A stretch of 63,920 nt of DNA, the filler included, from Chiloscyllium plagiosum (Eukaryota): assembly GCF_004010195.1 (NCBI RefSeq). It is 4 parts of one record of this genome, joined end to end, with 100 filler letters (N's around TTAATTAATTAA, not from the genome) between each part and the next. Parts side by side here need not be neighbours in the genome. Positions count along the whole stretch, not along the records: positions 1 to 28,562 come from NC_057717.1; 3 more parts are not named here. The stretch is one strand, 5' to 3'. Below, piece by piece: positions 1 through 10,431 of this stretch. The translations under genes and the position numbers were made by a program. Position 1 is the stretch's first letter. Every line of letters starts with the position of its first letter. The notes under the pieces are model-generated. The model saw only the letters and a program-made list of their open reading frames with translations. It made no database searches and was not told the DNA's origin.

Positions 1-3000
1 CCACTTTTCCGACACAGTTCTCCAAACATGGAATTGGATATGCATCAGTCATTGTAATGGTGTTGACTTTGTGATAGTCCCCACATGACTTTCAGGTACC
101 ATCTGGCTTTGGCATCATGACTATAGGTGAGTTCCAGTCACCGTAACTCACTTCGTTATGCCATCTTGGAGCATTCACTCTATTTCGTTCTGAACCTGTG
201 CCAACTTTGGAGGGTTATGCATATAAGGATGTCGCTTCATCAGAACAGCATCTCCTATATTTACATCATGTGCAACTATGATAGTACTTCACAGTTTATT
301 TCCGTATATCTCCTAAAGTGATAGTAATAACTCTTTTGGGTCTAATCGATTTTCTTGTGGAAGGTAACTCAATAATTTATTCCAGTTTTTGACAACTTTC
401 TCATTGTTCAATTTGATTTGAAGAATGTCCAATTCAGAATTCTCTGAACTTGGTTCTTCCTTCTGCGCTGTAATCATGAACACCTTCTCCTGTTGCTTTT
501 TTTCACTATCAACCAATCTTTTGAGCAGATTCACATGACACACTTTGTGAGATTTCTTCATATCTGGAGTCCTTATCAATTAGCTGATCTCACTAAAGTT
601 CTTCTCAACTTGATAAGGTACACGAAACCTTGCTTTTAAATGCTCACCTGTTACTGGAAGGAACACCAATGTCTTACTCCCAATGGGAAAATTGTAAATT
701 TGTGATTTCTTATCTGCTTCCTGTTTCATTGTATGCTGCGATACGTTTAAATGTATCTATCCAACTCTCCGGCTCTATTTAATCGTTCTCTAAAATTTGA
801 CACATCGTCCAAATGGGTGGTCTCTGAATTCTGACTTGTTAAATCTTCCCTCATCAAATTTAATGGTCCTGCTAGTTCTTGCCCAAAAATTAATTAAAAT
901 GGACTGAATTTAGTCGATTCATTGGATGCATCTCTGATCGCAAAAAGTTCAAATAGAATTTCCTTATCGCAATCATCTGGATAATCCTGATCACAAAAAC
1001 TCAACATGGTCTTTAATTTTTGATGCCATCTCTCTCGTGCTCCCTGTGATTCTGGATGGTGAGCAGTAGATTTGAATTGCTTTATTCCCAAGTTATCCAT
1101 CGCCTCCTTGAATAGTTTGGATGTGAAGTTTGATCGTTGATCTCACTGTATCGTTATTGTTAGTCCGTATCTATTATTCAAAAATAAGTATTTTTTCTAC
1201 AATCTTTTAAGCTATGATGCTGCATAACGAGATTGCCTCTGGATATCTAGTCGGCACAGCCATTATTGTTAATAAATGCTTATTCCCACCGTTTGTTTGT
1301 GGTAGGGGACCCACGCAATCAATCAAGACTCTTGTGAAATGGTCCTCAAATCCTGGAATAGGTATTAAAGATACAAGTTTTATTACTGCCTGTGTGACAT
1401 GTTTGACACGTCTGGCAAAATTCAGCTACATCTTTATGCAGTCCAAGCCTGTAAACAAATCTTTATATTTTAGCGGGTGTTGTCCTCACCCAAAAATATC
1501 CTCCAACTAGTAGCTCAAGTGCCAATCGCGGCACCTCCTTTATATACCCAACTGGCAAAATAATTTGATGAATTTCTGCCCATGTCTGCTCTGCTTGAAA
1601 TTGTGATGGTCTCCATTTCTTCAGTAAAACATCATCTGTTAAGTAATAACAGACAGGAATGCTTTCTTTCTTGCTTGCTAAATGCCTTTTGATATAACTG
1701 TTTTAATTCCTCATCTTTCTGCTGCAAGTCAATCAACTTAGCAGAGCTAAAAATACTTGCATGTTTTCCTACCTGCTCCTTCTCTGTTCTACTTCCCTGG
1801 TCAAAATAAGATTCGGATAACTCTACATCAGTTTCCTTTTGATCCATGCCTTTTGATCCCTCCTGCTTCAACCTGTACATTGTCATCTGTGATCCCACAA
1901 TCAGGGAAATTTCCTAGATAATCATTCTCCAGGTCTTCCGTTGCCTGCATTTCCACTGGCTTTTCAATTAGAGTAGGCTGCACTCCTACTGGTGAATCAG
2001 CTATACCATTTGCAAGGTCAAAGCTTATTACTGGAGCTGAGAGTTTAGGGTCCACTACTGCTATCACTCCTCCACTGTTCTCACTTTACATAACTGAGCA
2101 CTTTTTGTCTCACCATGAATTCTGTTACCAGCACATTTTCTGACAATATTATCTCAGGAGTGTATATCTCCTCATCCTCAGCATTACAGACTGAGAAGAT
2201 CCCGCGACCAATAATATTGGAACCACCTTACCTATTACTCCTGGCCAATGTGAATTTCCTTTAATCATCCAATATATATTTTTAAGCAGATTTGACACAT
2301 CCTCATTAATCAACCTCTGATCATCTTGTAAACTCAGACACAGTTGTCGTACTTCTCTTGTGCTTTTTGTTACGAGTCCAACAAAACTTCCAAGCTCGTC
2401 TAGTTTTCCTATATTTGGTTTTCTGCTCGCCCACCAATACAGTGATTTTGTGTGGCCCATTTCATTACAATGAAAACACCTGAGCCTTTAATATTCTTTG
2501 TCCCCCTCGAGGGCTTTTTTTTTACCCTGNNNNNNNNNNNNNNNNNNNNNNNNNNNNNNNNNNNNNNNNNNNNNNNNNNNNNNNNNNNNNNNNNNNNNNN
2601 NNNNNNNNNNNNNNNNNNNNNNNNNNNNNNNNNNNNNNNNNNNNNNNNNNNNNNNNNNNNNNNNNNNNNNNNNNNNNNNNNNNNNNNNNNNNNNNNNNNN
2701 AGATCCCGCGACCAATAATATTGGAACCACGTTACCTATTACTCCTGGCCAATGTGAATTTCCTTTAATCTTCCAATGTATATTTTTAAGCCGATTTGAC
2801 ACATCCTCATTAATCAACCTCTGATCATCTTGTAAACTCTGAGACAGTTGTCGAACTTCTCTTGTGCTTTTTGTTACTAGTCCAACAAAACTTCCAAGCT
2901 CGTCTAGTTTTCCTATATTTGGTTTTCTGCTCGCCCACCAATACAGTGATTTTGTGTGGCCCATTTCATTACAATGACAACACCTGAGCCTTTAATATTC

Positions 3001-4234
3001 TTTGTCCCCCTCGAGGGTTTCTTTTTTTACCCTGTGGTAAATTATCCTTAAAACCGTCACTGAGATATATCTTTCCCTTTCCACGAGAGGAAATCTCTTT
3101 GCTCCAATTTCAATCCTTCATGGACTGAAATTGATTCTGGAAGCCAAACCGAGTTTATAGATCTGTTCATAATCATCAGCCACTTCAACAGCTCACCTTG
3201 CTGTTTTAACGCTCTTCTTTTCCATCTGAGTTCGCACCACGTCAGGCAGTGAACTTCTGAATTCATCCAAAATACTTACCTCTCTAAGGGCATCATAATT
3301 TTGCTTGATTTTTAAAGCACTTATCCATCTAACAAAGTAACTCTGTTTGATCGTTTCAAACTCAGTGTAGGTTTGACGAGGGTCCATCCTTAGATTTCTA
3401 AAAAGTTGTCTATAGCCTTCTAGTACAAGCTCATATGAAGTTAAAATGGCTCTTTTCACCTCCTCATACTCCCCTGATACCTCCTCTGATAGTGATGCAC
3501 ATACCTCACTTGCCTACCTACAAGTTTCGTTGGATAAACAAAACACACATTGCCCCTGGCCACTGCATTTGTTTAGCCACCTTTTCAAATAATTTGAAAA
3601 AGACTTCTACAGCCTTCTCATCAAATTTAGCCAATGTTTGAAAATAAATAAATAGTTTCTTACTGGGGCTTCTGACTATCAAGATCTTGCTCATCCTCAC
3701 TCTCTTCCTCACTAAGCCGCCAAAGCATTTCCCTCCAGCCTTTAACGCTGACTTTCCTTTATAAAGTGTCAGTTTTCGCTGTCAAAAAGCTCCCTCATTT
3801 TTCTCCTCTACTGCCCTCTCTTTCCCTTTTTTTTTGCTTTTAATCGTAACTCAAACTCTTTCATTTCTGCTGCGCTTTCCTTACCTCTCGCCTCCAACTA
3901 AAGCTGCTTCCTTGCAATTGAATTGTTGCCAACTCTATAGATTCTGATGTTTTTCTGCAGCAGGTTTAATTGATGAGCTACTGCTGTAACTATGTCTCCT
4001 TTCCTCACAGAAACAGGCAGTTCCAATTCCAGCTGCTCTGCTAATTCTTCCAACTTGGTCTTATTCACTTTTTGCAAACCTTCCAGAGTCACTGCATCTA
4101 CATCGACAAAACTTCTGGCGACTGAAAGGGAAATTACTATCCCAAGCTTTGCCTACCCAATAAAACCAACACATGAAATAAAGAGACGAGCACCTCGCAC
4201 TCGCCATTTAAAATCCCGCAAAGAGCCCCCAGTC
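1..4234 (-). mobile_element. Degenerate Gmr1-like Ty3/Gypsy LTR retrotransposon, internal region (gag/SCAN-like, zinc knuckle, PR, IN, start of RT); runs off the window start
   Basis: Minus-strand fragments in order: gag (LQKVNKTKLEELAEQLEL; KFDEKAVEVFFKLFEKVAKQMQWP; AILTSYELVLEGYRQLFRNL, ~3050-4140), CFHCNEMGHTK knuckle (~2450/2960), protease remnant VPILLVAGSSQS (~2190), integrase (STAHHPESQGARERWHQKLKTML, 894-1100; KVCHVNLLK, 313-579), then RT start DWNSPIVMMPKPDG...DYHKVNTIT..DAYPIP (1-140). Many stops and frameshifts. Confidence 0.9.
4213..4231 (-). promoter_or_regulatory. Primer-binding site (tRNA-Pro-like) of the Gypsy element
   Basis: Minus strand reads TGGGGGCTCTTTGCGGGAT just inside the LTR, close to the canonical tRNA-Pro PBS TGGGGGCTCGTCCGGGAT. 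Confidence 0.75.
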
Positions 4235-4894
4235 CGTTATGTGCTAGGCTAGACCACTCAAAACATTCTTAGGCAGGCAGCCCAGACCATAACTTTGCAA
4301 TTGGTTTCGCTAAATATACAACGAAAATTACCCTGAGCAAGATAGCGAGGTTGTCCACTAGATTTTAAACCACACAAAAATCTGTACTCACAAAATTATG
4401 CAATGAAACAGAAAGGATAGAATAACTAACCCCTACAGAACTCAACCTATCCAGCTAGACCTAATTTAACTATTCCGAATATACACAATAGCACTAATAA
4501 GCAAACTCCCTTTAGAACCCAGTATAAATGGAACACATGCTTACAGGTTGAAGGTGAAGGGCAGAAAAGTTTCCACACAACTCCCTATTGAACTTCCCAA
4601 TTCAAGACTCAACTGAAAACTGTTCAGCTCAGCTCAGCTCAGCTCAGCTTGTTCAGCTAAAAGAGCTGACCACTCCCCTTACATTATACAGGTCACTTCT
4701 AAAGCATGACCACATTGGCCTGAAGTCTCATCTGTTTACGCATAAACAAATATATCTGAAAATTCTTTTCATCTCTGTCCCAAACCAGACTGACTGGAGT
4801 CGGGTCCTGTTTTATTGCCCCTAAAATCAAGAGCGTTCTCCTTGAGCCAAGGAACAGCCTTGAGAAAACAAAAGGGACTAACTTTGTTTTGACA
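4235..4894 (-). mobile_element. 5' LTR of the Gmr1-like element (~660 bp)
   Basis: Starts TGTCA at 4894 on the minus strand and ends ...CATAAC(G) next to the PBS. Its 3' end resembles the solo LTRs at 9281 and 38021. Contains a short (CAGCT)n run at ~4625-4650. Confidence 0.75.
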
Positions 4895-5101
4895 GAGAAG
4901 ACAGGCTAGTGTTCTGGATGGAGGTCACAATCTGGTGGGAAGGGCTAACTCTACCAGAGTGTGACTGCTGACAGATCTGTGAAAAAGATGATGCTTAGTG
5001 CAGGGTCACAAAACAACTCCACCTTGAGGCGATGAGAGTTCAGAACCTGGAGCTCTATCTCAACCATCATGGTGGGGGTGTCCACAGAGCTATGTAACCT
5101 A

Positions 5102-5252
5102 TCATAGAGTCAGAGAATACTACAGCACGGAGACAGTCCGTTTAGCCCAAACTGGTTCATCCTGATAAATATGTCCACCCATGCTAACCTCATTTCTCTT
5201 CACTTGGCCCATATCCTCCTCAACATTTCCTATCTGTATATTTGGCCAAATG
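5102..5252 (-). mobile_element. CR1 LINE 3' end fragment
   Basis: catagagtcagagaatactacagcacggagacag...ggcccatatcc matches the CR1 3' tail seen elsewhere in the window. Confidence 0.6.
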
Positions 5253-5937
5253 TGAAGACGTGTATCGCGGAAAACACGTTATATTTCACGATACAGCGTT
5301 TTGTTTTGGAAGTAATGACCGTTACTCCATAACGCTCAAGTTTTGATACAATCAGTTTTTTTTATTCTTTTGTAGAGATACAGCTTAAACACTTATTTCC
5401 TTCACACTGTCCTTATGGTACCATCACTGCAGGGAGTATATGGTGAAACTCCATTACACAGTTACTCTGTTGCAAGGAGATCATTCATTATGAAAGAGAG
5501 AAAATCTTTTCAAAGTGACAAAGTACTGTCTCAATAATACTTTACAACTGCAGGAAGGTGCCATCATACATATACTGTACTGATTTTGCAATGAACGATA
5601 CCACGCATTTACTGTGCTGATTACTTACTGCGCCAGTGACTCATGTCCAAGGACATCCAGCTCCTTTTTACCAAGAGCACTTCCCATTATCTTGCCTTTT
5701 CGTAAATACAAAACGAGAATGATGGCATGTTTTGCCAAATCATTTATTTGTCTTATGAAGAAAAGCCACACCAAAAGCACCATCACTATTGTCAGTGGAG
5801 ATGCTGAGGAGGCGATGGTTTATCTGTATTATCTCCGAAATATTAGTCCAGGGAGCCAGGTAATGACCCAGAGCCGGGATTCGAAGCCTACCACGGCAAA
5901 TGTTGGAATGAAATCAATAAAATATCAGGAATTCAGA

Positions 5938-6093
5938 TTTCGGGCATAAGCCCTTCTTCAGGAATTCCTGAAGAAGGGCTTATGCCCGAAACGTCGATTC
6001 TCCTGTTCCTTGGATGCTGCCTGACCTGCTGCGCTTTTCCAGCAACACATTTTCAGCTCTGATCTCCAGCATCTGCAGACCTCACTTTCTCCT
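5938..6093 (+). mobile_element. Penelope-like element (PLE) terminal fragment with inverted 5' arm
   Basis: Perfect 54-bp palindrome at 5938-5991, followed by the PLE tail gatgctgcctgacctgctgcgcttttccagc...catctgcagacctcactttctcc. Confidence 0.8.
5964..6000 (+). ncRNA. Minimal hammerhead ribozyme motif (PLE-associated)
   Basis: CTGAAGA-AGGGC TTAT GCCC-GAAA-CGTC: intact CUGANGA and GAAA boxes, stem II, palindromic ACGT stem III and a GUC cleavage triplet. Confidence 0.7.
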
Positions 6094-6734
6094 GTAGTTT
6101 GAAACGGCCAAGCCAGCCACTCAGTTATATCATTCACTACAAAATCTCAAATATATGAAACAGGAAGGAACTAAGCACTTTCTCCTTCCAGCCCATGGAC
6201 TGCATTGTTCAGGAAGGCAGCTCACCAACATCTTCTCAAGGACAATGAGGAAAGAGAATTAAATGCTGGCTCAGCATCCATTTATGAATACAAGAAGATG
6301 ATTACACTCAGTGAAGAGAGACAAAGGGGCATAATTCACTTCAAAAGTTACTTTGCTTTATACCTTACATGGTTATGATTTTCAGTAATATGGGAACAAG
6401 AGAAAAATAAATAAGGTTCATCTCCTTTTTTATTTCCATCCCAGCTGACTATCAACAATTCCTTTGTTTGGTTCTTTCTCTCTCTCCCTCTCTTTCTCTA
6501 TCTATTCAACACAATCCTACTCTCCTTTACAAAAGATGTCCCTGTCAGCAGCATCAATCACGCTATTTCCCAGTTGTATTCAGTTCTGTGTATGCTCATT
6601 GGACTCTAAATGCCAATTTTGTTTTTCTTTCGATCCGAGGCTGTCAAATCTGCTCAGTTACTCTGGCACTTTCTTATTCTTTTTTGCTTCTGATCTCTTG
6701 CGAAATTATTTATTTTATTTAACATTTAATTTTG

Positions 6735-7105
6735 TTATTACATGGGATGTCTGCATTGCTGGCAAAGGCAGCATTTGTTCACCTCACTAAATGCCTTTTC
6801 TTGTGAGGTCATTCCTTCAGGCAGTATACAGCCAAGCACATTGCTGTGAGACTGACGTCAGTCTTATTTCGGACCAGGTAATAATGCTAGATGTCTTTAA
6901 CAAAGCACATCAGTGAATTAGATGAACTTATTGGCAAAAGTCTGGTGAAGTTATGTTTGATATGAGCTAAAATCGTTTTTATTTCCAATTCCTGTCATTT
7001 GAGTATGAGTTCTGACACCTTCTGTGGTAGGAATTGAAACAGTATCTTTATGTGTCACAACCTGGGCCCCTGAATTACATTTCTTGTAACACTACTAATA
7101 TGACA
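6735..7105 (-). mobile_element. Degenerate copy of the same tRNA-derived SINE, reverse orientation
   Basis: atgggatgtctgcattgctggc..cagcatttg (reverse of the tail) through ggtaggaattgaaac (reverse B-box region). Confidence 0.5.
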
Positions 7106-7546
7106 GTGTGTCTCTCCTGGAGTTAATCTAGAGACAATAACAATGTTGTGATCAAAATATTTGCAACTGAAATCGTGCTTCGAGGAGAGCTGGAACCATA
7201 TAGTCTGAATTTTATCAAAACATAGATAATCGTTTATTAAGCATCAGCATTGATGCCAAGATGGTAACTGGGGGTATAATCGAGCTGGTAGTGGAGAGGT
7301 TTGGTGACAGCCGGAATAGTGAGACATAAATTAATTCAGGGAAAAAAGGTACTTCGGGATTGTGAACAGTCTTATTCTCAGATATTTGTGAGGCCAGTAG
7401 TGTGGGCGGTTCTGAAATCTGTGGGTAATGAATGGAATTTGCAGTTGAAACTGAAGACAACAGTTCCCGTCTTTGCCAAATATAGATAACAGAAATAACA
7501 ATGAAGTTTGACATGGTTTATGGGATTAATAAATGGAGAGACTTAC

Positions 7547-7721
7547 CAGGAACACCAACAATAGCAAGCACGGGATAGTAACCCGCCTGAATAATCATCA
7601 GTACACCGTATATCTGATCTGGTAATGTCGACCCAGACCAGAAAAACTAGAGAAGACCCAAGGATAAACTCCTGTCCATCTTTGCAGCATTCCAGTCTAA
7701 TGTTCTCAGATTCTGATCCAT
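7547..7721 (-). pseudogene. GPR139/GPR142-like class A GPCR coding exon 1, copy A (in-frame TAG at 7647-7649; intact donor)
   Basis: Translates MDQNLRTLDWNAAKMDRSLSLGLL*FFWSGSTLPDQIYGVLMIIQAGYYPVLAIVGVP plus 1 nt, then GTAAGT (7541-7546). YYPxLAxxGVP with a phase-1 intron matches the TM1 start and intron position of GPR139-type genes (human VYYSLLLCLGLP|A). Confidence 0.75.
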
Positions 7722-8384
7722 TAATGAAACAGTCCAGACTATTCTCAGATGTGGATCTCTCCTCTTACTGTCCCTGGAGCTGTTGGTCGCTGTTAATGTT
7801 GGAGGTGATGCATCTGCTGCTGCAATGCGATAAAGCATTGTAAGAAGCCCCTTACTAATAGAAGAGGGAAACCATCCAGTGACTCAATTAGGGTCCATGG
7901 AGACTGGCATCAACTACAGTCACTGAACAAACAGATCCAGTTAACTCCTTTCAGGAATTACATTTCTTGTAACACTACTAATATGACAGTGTGTCTCTCC
8001 TGGAGTTAATTTAGAGACAATAACGATGTGGAACCATATAGTCTGAATTTTGTCAAGGGATAGATAATCGTTTATTAAGCATCAGCCTTGATGCCAAGAT
8101 GGTAACTGGGGGTATTATCGAGCTGCTAGTGGATAGGTTTGGTGACAGCCGGAATACTGAGACATAAATTAATTCAGGGAAAAAAGGTACTTCGGGATTG
8201 TGAACAGTCAGAACCGCCCACACTACTAGGGCTAGTAGTGTGGGCGGTTCTGAAATCTGTGGGTAATGAATGGAATTTGCAGTTGAAACTGAAGACAACA
8301 GTTTCCGTCTTTGCCAAATATAGATAACAGAAATAACAATGAAGTTTGACATGGTTTATGGGATTAATAAATGGAGAGACTTAG

Positions 8385-8559
8385 CAGGAACACCAACAAT
8401 AGCAAGCATGAGATAGTAACCCGCCTGAATAATCATCAGTACACCGTATATCTGATCTGGTAATGTCGACCCAGACCAGAATAAATAGAGAAGACCCAAG
8501 GATAAACTCCTTTCCATCGTTGCAGCATTCCAGTCTAATGTTCTCAGATTCTGATCCAT
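8385..8559 (-). pseudogene. GPR139/GPR142-like GPCR coding exon 1, copy B (open frame; donor mutated to CTAAGT)
   Basis: MDQNLRTLDWNAATMERSLSLGLLYLFWSGSTLPDQIYGVLMIIQAGYYLMLAIVGVP lies inside ORF 8356..8676. The donor GT is changed to CT at 8384. Confidence 0.72.
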
Positions 8560-9280
8560 TAATGAAACAGTCCAGACTATTCTCAGATGTGGATCTCTCC
8601 TCTTACTGTCCCTGGAGCTGTTGGTCGCTGTTAATGTTGGAGGTGATGCATCTGCTGCTGCACTGCGATAAAGCATTGTAAGAAGCCCCTTACTAATAGA
8701 AGAGGGAAACCATCCAGTGACTCAATTAGGGTCCATGGAGACTGACATCAACTACAGTCACTGAACAAACAGATCCAGTTAACTCCTTTCAGTATGGTTC
8801 CTTCAGATCACAATAAGAACAGGACTGGACTGGATGCTGACAGTGCTGGCTGTTGGTCACATCTCCCATCACCCATTGCTCTAGTGAAGTTTGGTGTGAG
8901 GGAGAATGATAGATGTTTTCTTATCTCAGGCTGGATGATTCTTCAGTGTTGTCTGTTTGCAATGTTGCAACTGCCTGAACCTCCCACAACCACCCCCCAG
9001 AAAACACAACCTAGATGCTGTTACTGAGCCAATCTCTCCTCAACTAGATGACGCAAACCAATAGATTCTCAGTGGGCATATTTGCCCTGACCATACACAG
9101 CAAGTGTTAGTCTGTCTGGGCATTCCTTTCCTTGCTCTGATAAGGCAATTTTGTATATTCAATAAACAATGCGCTTCAGTATTTTTCAATACAAACTCAC
9201 AAACATCTTAATACACTTGATTTGCTTCAAACCAGTAAGTCTTACATTTCTTTGAATTCAGTCCAAAGCCAAATGTGACA

Positions 9281-9885
9281 TGTTACAATGCCGGTCCCTT
9301 TAGAAGGTTATGTTGTCCTTGTTTATTTTCAGAGAGTGTTCAAAAACCCCAAGATTGCAATATATCTGACTTTTGAAAAGTCCATTGGGGCCGCTTTGAT
9401 TGTACCTAGCAGATAATGCCTCAGGTAGACCACTTTCATTTCATTTACAAACAAACTGGTGTAATCAAGAGGACATAGATGGGCAGATCGTTTAAGTGTG
9501 AGGATTAGATGAGTCAGGGTTACTGTTGACATTTGACGCTCTCTACCTCCTTCTGCCTTTCTGACAACATAACCTGTAAGCTTTTTGTGTCAGATTTGTG
9601 CTGAGAAGTTTGTTGATTGCGATTGTTGCAAGTATTTTGGAACAGTATTCTTAAGTCGGGATACCCTGTCGGTTGAATAGAATAAGTTAATCGAGTATTA
9701 TAGCTTCGGTTTGTGTGCTTCATTCCATAATTTGGTCAATAATATTGTTTGTGTAAAACTCGGCAGTCTGACCAGCTAATTCACACCGGGAATATACACT
9801 ATACACTAGCCTTCAATAAATAGCAAACTTATGATGTGGGCTACCTTCTTAAAATGTTTTGAGGAGTCTGGCCTGGAACATAACA
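9281..9885 (+). mobile_element. Solo LTR (same family as 4235-4894)
   Basis: TGTTA...TAACA termini, ~605 bp, AATAAA near the end; 3' end ttttgaggagtctggcctggaacataaca resembles the other LTRs. No clean TSD seen. Confidence 0.7.
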
Positions 9886-10431
9886 ATGTATAATAGCCTT
9901 GTTCATTAAAAGTCATGAATTAATGAGTCAGGGATGGAATGAATAGGATATTGGCTATGAGACAGAAAGAGCTTGGTCCAGTGGCTGAGGCGCGCTGAGG
10001 GGAGGACAGTAAGATACCCTGGTCACGAGTATTCAACCATCACTCTTTCTGACAAATGGAATGAAATGCAATGCAGAGCAAGATAACAGATGACCTTTGG
10101 TACATGGAATGCTGAACGACAATGTGAGTAGAACAGAACAATTTTAAATGAGATATGTGGAATAGTATTTTATATGTAGACTGTTTAATCACAAGTTATA
10201 TAGGTTGAGAAGATTGTTTATAAATGGACGTGATATTTAGAATTAAAAACAGACGCAGATAACAAAATATCTTGGGTAACAGAGAGTTACAGCAGAGTAA
10301 GAGTGAGGATATAGCTCATTCCGAACGGGTGCAGAGATGATGGGCTACGTGACCACCATCTTTGCTATAATTATTCTGAGAAAAGTGTTGAAAACTTTCA
10401 GAACCTAGGGATATAAACTTAATCAGAAAGC

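Larger units (their letters stand above)
5812..6292 (+). mobile_element. tRNA-derived SINE with LINE-like tail, interrupted by a Penelope-like insert
   Basis: Head ggaggcgatggtttatctgtatt...gggattcgaagcctaccacggca (A/B-box-like) and tail ggactgca..ttcaggaaggcagctcacc...aaatgctggc. Same family as 19540-20040 and 47460-47810. Confidence 0.65.
7072..8792. repeat. Recent tandem duplication (7072-7954 and 7955-8792) containing a GPCR exon 1
   Basis: Two near-identical units of 883 and 838 bp with no gap between them. Copy 2 lacks ~45 bp and has a local inverted replacement. Confidence 0.95.

Noticed and set aside
4900..4975. Minus-strand acceptor (tcatctttttcacag) considered as the start of GPCR exon 2
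   Set aside because: The phase-1 frame reads DLSAVTLW* and stops after 8 codons, without convincing TM1/TM2 similarity.
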